From: a virus
IMG/VR virus record: IMGVR_UViG_3300042934_001067
Location: 92,277 to 156,276 of that record
Direction: 5' to 3' (one strand)
Length of the DNA: 64,000 nucleotides
Shown here: one piece after another, positions 14,142-23,811 of the stretch
How positions within the stretch are numbered: the stretch's first letter is position 1
Layout: each line of letters opens with the position of its first letter
The notes under the pieces: generated by a model
What the model saw: the letters and a program-made list of their open reading frames with translations, nothing else
Told to the model about the DNA's origin: nothing
The model's database searches: none
Made by a program: the position numbers and the translations under genes

Positions 14142-16363
14142 GCGGCCTTCTCCTGGTCCGTGGCGGCGGCCACGCCCGCGTGGGCGTGCTTCCAGTCAAT
14201 CAGCTGCTGCAACGGCTGGTCAGGGGCCTTGTCGAGGGCTTTCCAGACTGCGTTGCTGGGGTCGTAGAGGCCCGTTCCTTCGGGGCCGAATGCGCTGTGG
14301 CGGTCAGCGTGGAGGTAATCGTACAACGCTGCACCTTCCCTTTCGCGCACTCCGTCAGGAAGTTCCCGGACGGCCCCGATCAGTTTCTGCAGCGCCTCGA
14401 ACACGTCCCAGGTGGACTCGGGGAGTTTTTCGGGGCTGAAGTCGTCTGGCACTTCAACAGGTTTCACGGCCCATTCGTCGCGGGTGATGTCGTACGCGGC
14501 GTAGGGCTTTATGTCCCGTATGTCATAGCTAGATGGGTTTACATACCAAGTATTCTCCCAGGGGCCGGTCTCCTTGCCGTCTGGGCCGGGGAGCATGCGG
14601 GCGTCGTCGTTGAGGCCGTGGCGCAGTTCGTCGGTGAGCTTCTCGTCCACGGCAGCCGGGGGCTCGCCGACGAAGGTGTCCACATGGTGGTTGAGGGCGT
14701 CGTGGTCGATGCCGATGAGGATGTCGAGGTCGCCGTTGCCGTAGAAGTGGCTGGCCTCGCTGCCTGCGAGGTAGACGCGGGCCCAGGACTGCCAGGAGTC
14801 ACCGTACTTGGGCGCCCAGAAGCTGTTGAGCAGGCTGAGCAGGTGCTGGCGGACGATCGGGTGCATGCGCTCGTTCTCGTCGAACAGGCGCGGGTCCAGG
14901 CCCTTCTCCCCCGGCGCGAAGAAGTGGTCGCGGGGCAGCCAGTCGTGCTCGTGCTGGTAGGGCTCGTGGTTGTCGGGGACGGGGGTGGTGAAGGCCGTCC
15001 GCTCGCCGATCCCCTTCAGCCACGCCTGCGCGTCGTCGGAGAGCCGGTCGGAGTGCTGGAGGTCTGGGCGCTGCTCGCGCGCTCGTCGCAGCAGCTCGGT
15101 TGCGATACCTCGGCGCTGGTGTTCGTCCCTCACGTTCATGTTGCCGATGACGCCGTCGTCGCCCCAGTTGACGTACCCGGCCATGCTGCCCTCGGGGGTG
15201 CGCATGGTGACGGCCTTGGGTTCGGTGACCGTGTGGTAGGTGTGGCCGGTTTTGGAGGTGAAGTCGCCGTCAGCCCATTCCGGCCTCCCGGCCGAGGCGG
15301 TCTTTCCGTGGCCGCCGTCGGGAAGGCGGCCGTCGCAGGTGGCATCGTCGGGGCTGTTGGCGGGGACGGTGAGGCTGCCGTCGCAGTGGTAGCACTCGAA
15401 GCCGGTGTCGTGCTCGCCGGTGCCGCCACAGCAGGGGCAGGGCTTCGTGGCTGTGGCCATGCGGGGGTGGCCGGTGAGGTGGTATTCGGTGCGGGCGCTG
15501 TCGAGGTCGGCCTTGGGGATGGTCGGCTTGTCGACGGCGGTGAGTCCGATGTGACTGGGGTGGATGTCGGCGGGGACGTGTTCGCCTGCGGCGAGGGCGG
15601 GGTGGTCTTGGGGGACCTTTACGCCGGGACCGGGCAGGCCGTAGGCGCTGCGGCTGACGCGGAGGGGGACGTGGTCCATACCGAGGGCGCGGGCGGCGCG
15701 CAGGCGGTGGTTGCCCTCGCCCAGGTAGGCCTCGCCGCTGGCGGGGTGGTAGTGGAGCATGAGGGGTTCCATCTCGCCGCTGGCGGCAAGGTGGTGGCCG
15801 ACTGCCTTGGCGTGCTCGGGGTCGGTTTCCTGGCTGGCATAGCGCTCGACTTCGTGGCGGGGGACCATTTCGACGTTGGTCCAGTTGCCGACGCGGGCGC
15901 GGATGTGGTGGCCGTGGGGGTTGAGGAGGCGGGAGGGGACGTCGTCGCCGTCCTGGACGGCCGCCGTGGCGGTGGCTGTGGCCATGGTGCGCCCCCGAGT
16001 GACCTTCTTGCCGTCGGTGTAGCCCGCCCACCACGCCTTGCCTGCGTCGGTGCGGTCGCCGTGGTCGATGGGGGTGGCGGGGTGGCGGCGCTGCATCTCG
16101 TCCATGAGGGCGGAGCCGACGCCCTTGCGCTGGTGGGCCTCTTCGGTGCCGAGGTGCTCGATGAGGATCTTGTCGGCTTTGCGGCGGGGGACGTGGTAGG
16201 TGAGGGTGCCCATGCGGTCGCCGGAGCTGGGCTCGACGGCGTGCAGGTGGATCTTGGTGGGGCGTTTGGTGCCACCGGTGTCGACCTCTTCGTGTTCGAA
16301 GTCGATCCCCTGGGGGTCGGCCGCCGCCTGGCGGAAGAAGCTGGTCGCGCTGATGTCCGTCAC
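14138..16363 (-). CDS. Polyvalent protein: GNAT + ParB/Srx-like + Zn ribbon + GNAT + Pol-beta-type nucleotidyltransferase
   Basis: HQRKGVGSALM; GEGNHRLRAA; CPCCGGTG..CYHCDG; HQRRGIATELL; YLAGSEAS...GDLDILIG. Confidence 0.75.
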   Translation of the reverse strand: MTDISATSFFRQAAADPQGIDFEHEEVDTGGTKRPTKIHLHAVEPSSGDRMGTLTYHVPRRKADKILIEHLGTEEAHQRKGVGSALMDEMQRRHPATPIDHGDRTDAGKAWWAGYTDGKKVTRGRTMATATATAAVQDGDDVPSRLLNPHGHHIRARVGNWTNVEMVPRHEVERYASQETDPEHAKAVGHHLAASGEMEPLMLHYHPASGEAYLGEGNHRLRAARALGMDHVPLRVSRSAYGLPGPGVKVPQDHPALAAGEHVPADIHPSHIGLTAVDKPTIPKADLDSARTEYHLTGHPRMATATKPCPCCGGTGEHDTGFECYHCDGSLTVPANSPDDATCDGRLPDGGHGKTASAGRPEWADGDFTSKTGHTYHTVTEPKAVTMRTPEGSMAGYVNWGDDGVIGNMNVRDEHQRRGIATELLRRAREQRPDLQHSDRLSDDAQAWLKGIGERTAFTTPVPDNHEPYQHEHDWLPRDHFFAPGEKGLDPRLFDENERMHPIVRQHLLSLLNSFWAPKYGDSWQSWARVYLAGSEASHFYGNGDLDILIGIDHDALNHHVDTFVGEPPAAVDEKLTDELRHGLNDDARMLPGPDGKETGPWENTWYVNPSSYDIRDIKPYAAYDITRDEWAVKPVEVPDDFSPEKLPESTWDVFEALQKLIGAVRELPDGVREREGAALYDYLHADRHSAFGPEGTGLYDPSNAVWKALDKAPDQPLQQLIDWKHAHAGVAAATDQEKAA

Positions 16364-16625
16364 CTGGCACCTCCAGTCCTTGGTGCTGAAGGTGGGGGTG
16401 CAGACACAGATGAGCGGACCTCCCGGTGGTACCTGGCCGGGAGGCCCGCTGGGTCATCGTGGGACGTTTTAAGTGGGGTGATCCCGCCAAGAACGACCCT
16501 CACGCCTGAGCCGACCTTGCGGTCTGTCGCTGCAGGTACGCCGCTGGCTGCATGCAGCAGCCCTATCCACGAGACAGGGCCATCGTGCCACGCGTTTTTG
16601 GGTTCGGCAAGAACGCCTTTCCTGG

Positions 16626-18824
16626 TCAGCGGCGATATCCGGTCCTTGTGCGGCCGAGTCCCTGTTCCCATCCGGGGCGGCCGGTGCGGGTGCGGGTGAA
16701 CTGGCGCAGGGCGTCGAGGCGGCCCTGGAGGTCGTGGTCTGCGGAGGTCATTTCGGGGCTGTGGGGGCTGGATCCGTGCAGGCCGCCCTGCATGGCGCCC
16801 TGGGCGCTGGCGGCGTTGAGCTGTTCCTTGTAGCCGCTGATCCAGTCGCCGATGAGGGAGTAGGTTGTGATCATGATCGCGTCGGCGATGTCTTTGGTCT
16901 GGACCGGTCCGACGGTGGGGTGGTCGACGCGGTTGACGTTCGGTGGTTTCTGGAGGAACTTCAGCTCCAGCTCGCCGTCCTCGTAGGCAGGGGCGTGGAC
17001 GAGGCCGAGGTTGATGGCGGCCTTGAAGGTCTCGGCGTACTTCCAGTTGATCGCGTTGGTTGCGGTGCGCTCGAAGATGGTGACGCGTTTGGCCATGCGG
17101 GCCCGGGCGACGCGCTTGGTGAGGGACTGGATGCTGGAGACCGAGTTGTACTGGTCGAAGGTGAATTCCTCGGGCTGGTAGACGCTGATGATCTCGTCCC
17201 AGATCCAGTTCTCGACTTCCTCGTAGTCGATGGTGTGATTGTCGAACGCGGCCGGGTCAAAGTGGTGGATCTTGTCGAAGACGGCGTGGGGGCGGCCGTC
17301 GTCGTCGGTCTCGGTGTGGCCGACGGCGATGCCGAAGCGGCAGTTCACGGAGCTGGGGTCGGCGTGGCCCTTGTAGACGTAGGCGAGGATGCCGCGCTCG
17401 GTGGGGACGATGAGGGGGCTGCCGTAGCGCTCGGGGCGGGCGTACCAGGGGGAGAAGACGGCTTCGACCTTGGCGGGATCGAGGTAGGCGTCGAGGACGG
17501 TGGCCCACTGGGCGCGGCGTTCGACCTTGAAGGTGTCAGGGTCGGCCTTCTCCAGTTTGCGCATTTCTTCGTCGTAGGTCTGGATGGCGCCCTTGAGGAC
17601 GCGGAAGCCGGGAAGGGGGGTGTTCTCGTACTCGGCGTTGTCTCCCTGGAAGCCTTCAGGGAAGAGGGGCAGTTCGTGGGCGATCTGCCAGTCGAGGTAG
17701 ATGTCCCAGCTGGGGAGCTGGATCATCATGACGGCGGGGTAGGTGGGGGTGCCGTCGTCCTCGTACTGGGTGGCGCGCAGCCAGTTCTCGTAGAACTTGC
17801 CGCTCATCTCCCAGGGGGAGCTGGGTTCGACGATGAAGCCGTCGCGGCCGAACTGGTCGAGGGAGGGTGTGGAGGCGTCGTAGACCTCGCCTGCGGAGCG
17901 GTTGGCGCCCGCGTTGACGACGTGGGCCATCTCGTCGAAGCCGATGATGAAGGAGGCGGGGCCTCGTCCGGCCATGACGGTGGACTCCTTCGGGAGGATC
18001 TCGAAGGTGGCCATGTCCATGGCGGTCTTGATGCCCTTCTTGCGCATCTCCTCCATGCGGACGAAGTCGTGGGGGGCGTAGACGGAGAGCTTCTCGCCGA
18101 GCGAGCTGGCGATGTAGGGGGCGAAGCAGGGGGCGCCGGTGACGACGTTGACGAAGTCGCGCCAGAGGTTCTGCTTGGCCTGGTCGCGCTTGCCCGCGAA
18201 GATCAGGGCGGCGAGCTTCTTGTCACGGTCGACGCCGTAATGCTCCTGGGGGTCGCCCTTGGCCATGTAGCACCACAGGACGTACGCCATGGCCAGGGCG
18301 CTGATGTGGCCCTTCCCAGCGCGGCGGCCCATGACCAGGAGGATCTCTTTGAACCAGCGGTAGCCGAGCGCCTTGCAGGCGCGCATGCGGCCGAGGATGT
18401 CCGGGGTGCCGGACAGGGGCATCTTGGGGGCGTCCTCGTTGCCTTCGAGCAGGACCTGCTGGGCCAGCTCGTCGAGGGCGTCGGTCATGATGTCGTCGAC
18501 CTCGGCCGCCAGGGCCGCTTCTGGGTCTTCGGTCTCGGCGAGGGCGGCGGCGCGGGCGGCACGCTGCTCGTTGGCGCTCTTGGCGGTGCGGTATGCCTCG
18601 TCCCACTCGGCGACGACACGGTAGTCGTACTCGGTGAACAGGTCCTCGCGGAGAAAAAAGCATTTCAGAAGGGTTGCCTGCCGGGGGTACAGGTTGGGCC
18701 TGCTCAGGTACCTCGGTGAGACGACGAAGGTGATCGGGTCGGGGACGTCGAGCCCCAGGTACAGGTGGTGAATCGCCAGGGGGTCGAATCCTGCCAGCGG
18801 CGATGTGTCTTCCGGCGTGCTCAT
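16626..18824 (-). CDS. terL: Terminase large subunit
   Basis: LYPRQ adenine-binding motif, Walker A MGRRAGKG, Walker B IIGFDEMAH, nuclease motifs HADPS / TFDQYNS / KDIADA. Confidence 0.9.
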   Translation of the reverse strand: MSTPEDTSPLAGFDPLAIHHLYLGLDVPDPITFVVSPRYLSRPNLYPRQATLLKCFFLREDLFTEYDYRVVAEWDEAYRTAKSANEQRAARAAALAETEDPEAALAAEVDDIMTDALDELAQQVLLEGNEDAPKMPLSGTPDILGRMRACKALGYRWFKEILLVMGRRAGKGHISALAMAYVLWCYMAKGDPQEHYGVDRDKKLAALIFAGKRDQAKQNLWRDFVNVVTGAPCFAPYIASSLGEKLSVYAPHDFVRMEEMRKKGIKTAMDMATFEILPKESTVMAGRGPASFIIGFDEMAHVVNAGANRSAGEVYDASTPSLDQFGRDGFIVEPSSPWEMSGKFYENWLRATQYEDDGTPTYPAVMMIQLPSWDIYLDWQIAHELPLFPEGFQGDNAEYENTPLPGFRVLKGAIQTYDEEMRKLEKADPDTFKVERRAQWATVLDAYLDPAKVEAVFSPWYARPERYGSPLIVPTERGILAYVYKGHADPSSVNCRFGIAVGHTETDDDGRPHAVFDKIHHFDPAAFDNHTIDYEEVENWIWDEIISVYQPEEFTFDQYNSVSSIQSLTKRVARARMAKRVTIFERTATNAINWKYAETFKAAINLGLVHAPAYEDGELELKFLQKPPNVNRVDHPTVGPVQTKDIADAIMITTYSLIGDWISGYKEQLNAASAQGAMQGGLHGSSPHSPEMTSADHDLQGRLDALRQFTRTRTGRPGWEQGLGRTRTGYRR

Positions 18825-18883
18825 GAAGGCGCCCTCCTCGCCTCTTGAGGCGGGGAGGGCGCGTGGGGACAGCGGTCCGACCG

Positions 18884-19165
18884 CTACTCCCCCTTCAGGT
18901 TTTCGATGCTTTTCTGGTGTCTAGGGCAGTCCTTGAGGTGCTCCAGGAGGACGGCGGTCCGCACGGCCGGGTAGGCGGTGCGGTACTCGCCGCCGCAGCA
19001 CAGGGTCTTGCCGACCGTGCGGACGCCGACGAAGTCGCTGGTGCCGGGGACTACGGCCTCCAGGCTCAGGCGGACCTTGTCGTTGCGCTCGCCGCAGGAG
19101 CTGCAGGCCTGCGGGATGACGGTGACGGTGATGCTGTCGTCGTCCCAGTCGAGGAGCCGGTTCAT
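18884..19165 (-). CDS. Small Cys-rich hypothetical protein
   Basis: CSSC, LCC, HLKDCPRH; AGGAG RBS; ATGA coupling. Confidence 0.6.
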   Translation of the reverse strand: MNRLLDWDDDSITVTVIPQACSSCGERNDKVRLSLEAVVPGTSDFVGVRTVGKTLCCGGEYRTAYPAVRTAVLLEHLKDCPRHQKSIENLKGE

Positions 19166-19296
19166 CGGCCGCTCCTGTCGGGGTCGAGTTGCTCGTACCA
19201 GCGCCAGAGCTGGGCGGTGGAGTACTCCCGGTGCCAGTCGGGATTTTCGAAGCCGATGGTGAGCTGGCGGACGAGGAAGGCGCGCAGGAAGCTCAT
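19162..19296 (-). CDS. 44-aa hypothetical protein
   Basis: MSFLRAFLVRQLTIGF...; start and stop overlap both neighbours. Not in the ORF track. Confidence 0.5.
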   Translation of the reverse strand: MSFLRAFLVRQLTIGFENPDWHREYSTAQLWRWYEQLDPDRSGR

Positions 19297-19772
19297 CAGT
19301 GCGGGTGTCCTCCGCGCGTGGCCTCCCCGGATGCGATGACGCCCTGGGTGCCGATGTCCGCGACGTCGTGGGTCACCTCGAAGACCTTCTGGTCGTGGTC
19401 GAAGGCCTTCTTCTCCACGCGTCCGGCGATTTCGATCTTCGGGCTGAGCTTGCCTTCGATGATCCTGCCGGTGGCCGTGTCCATGACCGGCTTCCAGCTG
19501 ACGGTGATGGCGAGTCCGAGCTGGTTGTGGACGCGCTCCTTCGCCTCGCGCTCGAAGACGTCGATGTCGAAGGCCTTGGCGCTGTACCGGTACAGCATGT
19601 CCTCGAAGATGGCCTCCAGCTGGAGGATCTCCGAGTCAAGGATGTCGCCCTGGGCGGTCTCCTGGCGCTTGTGGACTCCGCCGTACTCGCGGTCGAGGAA
19701 GTCGGGGCCCGGCGCGGCCGGGGACTGTACGCCCGGCGGCAGGATCAGGCCGGAGGGGTGTTCGGTGGTCAT
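19296..19772 (-). CDS. Phage hypothetical protein
   Basis: GAGGAG RBS, ATG at 19772 (MTTEHPSGLILP). Confidence 0.7.
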   Translation of the reverse strand: MTTEHPSGLILPPGVQSPAAPGPDFLDREYGGVHKRQETAQGDILDSEILQLEAIFEDMLYRYSAKAFDIDVFEREAKERVHNQLGLAITVSWKPVMDTATGRIIEGKLSPKIEIAGRVEKKAFDHDQKVFEVTHDVADIGTQGVIASGEATRGGHPH

Positions 19773-19804
19773 GAGGCTCCTCTTGGCGGCAGGAGTGGGC
19801 GGGA

Positions 19805-20440
19805 TCAGGGGCGGGCGGAGGGGTGGTCGTCGTAGCCGCGCGGGCGCATGCGGACGGCGCCGGGCGCGAGCCGGTCGTCGTGGACGATCGGGTAGCCGAA
19901 CAGCGCGTCGATCGGGGAGGCCAGGCGCTCCTCGGCGCCGTGCAGCTTCAGCTGGCTCTTGAGGAGGTCCACGGAGTCGGGGTGGACCGCGATCTCTTCG
20001 ACCGGGTGCACGGTGGTGACGGTGATGTCCGGCTCGGTTGCGGGCGGAGTGATGCCGGTGAGGGTGCGCCGGGTGGAGCAGGGCGAGTAGCTCCTGCAGG
20101 TGACGCACACGTTGATCTCGTTGGCACGGTGGAGGTGGAGGACCTCGCGGATGCGGGCCTGGGTCGCCTTGGTCTCCATCTCGACCTGCATGAGGTAGGT
20201 GGCGAGGTCGAGGGCCTCTTCGAGGGCGTCCCGGACGGCGTTGCGGCCGTTGAAGGTCTGCAGCGGGCGGCCGTAGCGCTGGACGCCGAGGTCGCGGCGT
20301 TCCTTGATCAGGTCGATCAGGGCGTCCTGGACGTTCTGCTGGCCCTCGGTGGGCAGGGGCTGGTCGCCGGGGCGCTGGCGGCGCTGCTTCTGCTGGTGGC
20401 GGTACTCGCCCAGGCTGCGCGGGGCAGGTGTGTCGGTCAT
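19805..20440 (-). CDS. Protein with all-alpha (MazG-like) NTP pyrophosphohydrolase-type domain
   Basis: ERRDLGVQRYGRPLQTFNGRNAVRDALEEALDLATYL (EExxD), then a CVTC..PC motif. Confidence 0.55.
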   Translation of the reverse strand: MTDTPAPRSLGEYRHQQKQRRQRPGDQPLPTEGQQNVQDALIDLIKERRDLGVQRYGRPLQTFNGRNAVRDALEEALDLATYLMQVEMETKATQARIREVLHLHRANEINVCVTCRSYSPCSTRRTLTGITPPATEPDITVTTVHPVEEIAVHPDSVDLLKSQLKLHGAEERLASPIDALFGYPIVHDDRLAPGAVRMRPRGYDDHPSARP

Positions 20441-20451
20441 GGCGGGCCCCT

Positions 20452-21444
20452 TCAGGCGGCGGCGACGAGGGCGTGGCAGGAGGAGCAGCGTTCGGCTTCG
20501 TCTACGACGAGGGCTCCGGCGATGGACTGGAGCTTGGTGCGGACGGCGCGCTTGGTGGAGTCGTGGGCGAGCTTGGGGTTGTTGGCGGCGTTGCCGATCG
20601 CGAGGGCGAGGTCGAGCATGGTCGGCTCGTCGGTGCGGGAGAGGTCGACGGTGATGTCGGCGAGCGGCCGGACGGGCAGGCCGTGCTCGGCGGCGACGCG
20701 GTGCAGGCGGGTGATGCGGTCACCGCCGATGGAGGTGTTGGCCAGTCGGACCAGGTGCTGGGCGTCGGCGTGAAGGCGGGCGGCGGCGCGCAGGGCTTCG
20801 GCCGCGAGGCGTTCGGCGATCTTGTCGACGGAGATGCCGCGTGCGTCGATCTTCAGGGTGGGGTCGGGGATCTCGATGACCGTGGTGGTGTCCTCGTGGA
20901 AGAGGATGGGGCTGACGGTCGGCGCCAGGTTCTGCTTGCGGTTCTGGCCGAAGCGCAGGCCGCCCCGGATGCCGTCTTCGACGTCGTGGCCGAGGATGTC
21001 CAGGCGGAGGTCGTCGGCGGTGACCCAGCACTCGGGGACGGTGGCGCTGGCGGGGAAGATCCGCTGGGCGATTCGGACGAACTCGTCGGCTTCGACGCGG
21101 GGCTTGGTGGGCTTGCGGACGTCGGTGATGCCGAGGTCGTTGTAGGTGATGGTGATCTCACCCTCGGCGTGGTCCATGCGGGCGTTCATCACGAAGTGCT
21201 GCTCGGCCGGGGTGATCCGGCGGAAGTACGCGGTGGGGATCTGGTAGAAGGCGCACAGCCGGGCGCTGGCCTGCTCGTCCAGGGTGATCTCGTGGTCGCC
21301 GAGGATCAGGACGGGCTCCTGCTGCGGGGCGCGGGCGTAGTCGGCGCTCGGGACGCAGGCGTCGGAGGTCCATTCGCGGTCGTGGTGCTTCCAGGCGACG
21401 GCGACGTCGGCGAGGGTGGTCCTGGGGAGTTCGCGCAGGTGCAT
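20452..21444 (-). CDS. Phage protein, DUF932-like
   Basis: ASARLCAFYQIPTAYFRRI resembles the DUF932/945 N-terminus; strong RBS. Confidence 0.55.
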   Translation of the reverse strand: MHLRELPRTTLADVAVAWKHHDREWTSDACVPSADYARAPQQEPVLILGDHEITLDEQASARLCAFYQIPTAYFRRITPAEQHFVMNARMDHAEGEITITYNDLGITDVRKPTKPRVEADEFVRIAQRIFPASATVPECWVTADDLRLDILGHDVEDGIRGGLRFGQNRKQNLAPTVSPILFHEDTTTVIEIPDPTLKIDARGISVDKIAERLAAEALRAAARLHADAQHLVRLANTSIGGDRITRLHRVAAEHGLPVRPLADITVDLSRTDEPTMLDLALAIGNAANNPKLAHDSTKRAVRTKLQSIAGALVVDEAERCSSCHALVAAA

Positions 21445-21507
21445 GGCGGTGGTGTTCTCCTCTGGCGGTAAGGAGTGGTGGTGGTCCGGCTGGCGGTCCG
21501 GAGGAAT

Positions 21508-22155
21508 TTAAATGTTGTTCTGCTGTGCGTTCTTCGAGAGGGCGGCGAGAACGGGGCTGGCGTCGAGGGCTGCGGCGAAGTCTTTCCGTCGGTCGACGGG
21601 GATGAATCCGATGGCGATCCGCATGTATTCCATGAGGGCGTCGCGCCAGACGTTGGCGTCCACTCCCCCGTTGACGGTGGTGTCGATTTTATGCTTGAGG
21701 TCGATGGCCTTCATCAGGGTCGCGGCGTCGACCTTGATGGTGCCCTTCTGGATGCCGTCGAAGCCCTGCAGTACAACCATATCCAGGGCGGAGAGGTGGT
21801 CGGCGACACGGCCGCCGTATTTTTCGATCTCGTCGCCGAGTTGTTCGGCCCGGCGGTCGAGGATGGCGGTCTGGGCGCGGACTTCGAGGGGCAGGTGGCG
21901 GTCGGTGTGGCCGCGCAGTGCCTTCTCGGAGGGGTGGCCCATGGGGCCTTCCTCCATGTCGGCGAGCCATTCGAGGATGGTCGGCCGGGTGTAGCCCTCG
22001 ATGATCCAGGCGTCGATCTTGGCGCGGTGGGGGGACTGGCAGACGCGGCAGCGGGCGCCGGTCTTGGCGGGGACCGTGCGGTCTCCGATCTTGACCAGGA
22101 CCATGCTGGCGGGGCCTGCGTCCGGGTCGGCGAGGGCGGGGAGGTTGTCGCTCAC
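21508..22155 (-). CDS. Putative terminase small subunit / Zn-HTH DNA-binding protein
   Basis: CRVCQSPHR..ID...LRGHTDRHLP then helical region; lies upstream of terL. Confidence 0.55.
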   Translation of the reverse strand: MSDNLPALADPDAGPASMVLVKIGDRTVPAKTGARCRVCQSPHRAKIDAWIIEGYTRPTILEWLADMEEGPMGHPSEKALRGHTDRHLPLEVRAQTAILDRRAEQLGDEIEKYGGRVADHLSALDMVVLQGFDGIQKGTIKVDAATLMKAIDLKHKIDTTVNGGVDANVWRDALMEYMRIAIGFIPVDRRKDFAAALDASPVLAALSKNAQQNNI

Positions 22156-22445
22156 TCGTCGGCCTTCAGGGGGATGCGGTGCTGGGGCCGGGCGGCGCCC
22201 TCGGTGGCGTTGAGGTGCGGGTACCGGCGGTTGATGCTGCGGTGGAAGCTGCCCTTGCGGACGGCGCCGTCGGGGGTGCCGCCGGGGACGAAGACCTCGC
22301 GCTTGAGCCGGTTCTGCAGCTTGTACTGCGTGAGGATCAGCGACTTGGCCTCGGGGTCGGGCTGGTCCAGGAAGCTCTGGCGCAGGAGTGCGTCGGCCTG
22401 GGCCTCCAGCTCGGGGTCGACGCCGTGGCGTACGCGGTTGCTCAT
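22152..22445 (-). CDS. Hypothetical protein
   Basis: ATG at 22445 overlaps the upstream stop (ATGA). Confidence 0.6.
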   Translation of the reverse strand: MSNRVRHGVDPELEAQADALLRQSFLDQPDPEAKSLILTQYKLQNRLKREVFVPGGTPDGAVRKGSFHRSINRRYPHLNATEGAARPQHRIPLKADE

Positions 22446-22828
22446 GCGGCCACCGCCTCGTCCTCGCGGTCGCCGATGCCGGGGATCACACCGGTCTCGA
22501 TGAGCTGGTTGAGGCGGACCAGGCCCTGGGTGGCGTAGGAGGCGACGGGGTTGTCCTCGGAGACGCCCATGATGCGGGCGACTTCCCGTTCGGGCTTGTT
22601 CTCGATGAGGAACAGCTGAATGGCTTCGCGCTGGCGCGGGGAAAGGAGGTGCTTTCCGTTGGCGCCGCGTCCGTTCACTGCGGTTTCGTAGAGGCGGACG
22701 ATGTCGTGGATGCAGTACTCGGACCGGTCCGGGCCAGTTATGGTGTCCTTGCCCTCGATTTCGTAGAGGGCGTTCCATGCCTGGAGGTTCCGGAACAGTT
22801 CCCGGAGCAGGCGTACGGGAATTGTCAC
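22442..22828 (-). CDS. Sigma-70 region-4-like HTH protein
   Basis: LSPRQREAIQLFLIENKPEREVARIMGVS...ATQGLVRL. Confidence 0.75.
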   Translation of the reverse strand: MTIPVRLLRELFRNLQAWNALYEIEGKDTITGPDRSEYCIHDIVRLYETAVNGRGANGKHLLSPRQREAIQLFLIENKPEREVARIMGVSEDNPVASYATQGLVRLNQLIETGVIPGIGDREDEAVAA

Positions 22829-22973
22829 AGGCGGGTTCCTTTGCTGACGCGTGGCGGTCGCGCCTTACCTGGTGCTCATGTGGCGGCAGTGCACCTGGAA
22901 TTTCTGTCAGCATAGGTGTGGTCCCGCCTGCAACTCCAACTTTTCGTCGCAGGAACTTCGGTGCGGGACAGGA

Positions 22974-23678
22974 TCAGGCGGTCAGCGAGTCCTTCAGGCG
23001 CTGCCCCAGCAGCTCCATGCCGGACACCAGGTGGTCGGCGGCGCGGGAGACCTCGGCGAGGTAGATGGCCCAGTAGCGGTCCTGTGCGGAGTACTGGCGG
23101 CCTCGCTGGGTGCGTTCCTCGACCGTCATGCGGCCGGTGGGGGTGACGAATCCGGTGGCCATGGCCTCCTCCCAGCGCCCCTTGGCCAGCATGGAGGGCA
23201 GGCGGTGCGCCAGGTCGGCCTGGCGGCGCCACTCCAGCAGCCCCATGGTGATGCGGAGCAGGAAGTCGTCCTTCTCACGGCCGGTCAGCTTGGAGTAGTC
23301 CTCGGCGTAGGCGCCGGACGGCAGTCGCTTCCACAGCGGCCAGCCGAAGGCGTCGGTCGCGATCTCGCCGGTTTTCAGGTTGACGATCGGCTCGCGGGCG
23401 ATGGCCCAGATGTCGTTGAGGATGAGGAAGATGCCGGGGAACTCGCGGTGGATGACGCCGTTGGCCTCGGCGACGATCCCGGCGATCTCGGCTTCGTCGC
23501 CTGGGCGCCACTCGCGGCGCATCCGGGAGAAGTTCGGGGTGTTGACGCGGGCCCGGTCCGGGGCGATGTCGGGGGCGAGTAGCTGGTCGGCCTCGCGGGA
23601 GACCTCGTCGATGACACGCTTGGCCTGCTCAGCCAGTCTGGTGTCGTCGATGAGGCCGCTGTCGTTGATGTCGCTCAT
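22974..23678 (-). CDS. Phage hypothetical protein
   Basis: GAGGA RBS, GC3 bias. Confidence 0.75.
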   Translation of the reverse strand: MSDINDSGLIDDTRLAEQAKRVIDEVSREADQLLAPDIAPDRARVNTPNFSRMRREWRPGDEAEIAGIVAEANGVIHREFPGIFLILNDIWAIAREPIVNLKTGEIATDAFGWPLWKRLPSGAYAEDYSKLTGREKDDFLLRITMGLLEWRRQADLAHRLPSMLAKGRWEEAMATGFVTPTGRMTVEERTQRGRQYSAQDRYWAIYLAEVSRAADHLVSGMELLGQRLKDSLTA

Positions 23679-23811
23679 GCCTGTTCCTCGTCCGGCGGTG
23701 GGCAGTTCTCGTCGCAGTGGGGGTCCGGCTCGCCGTCCTCGGTCTCGGGATGGCGGCGGCGGCCGGAGAAGCAGTCCCAGCAGCAGTCCATGCCGTGGGC
23801 GTGCCGAGGGG

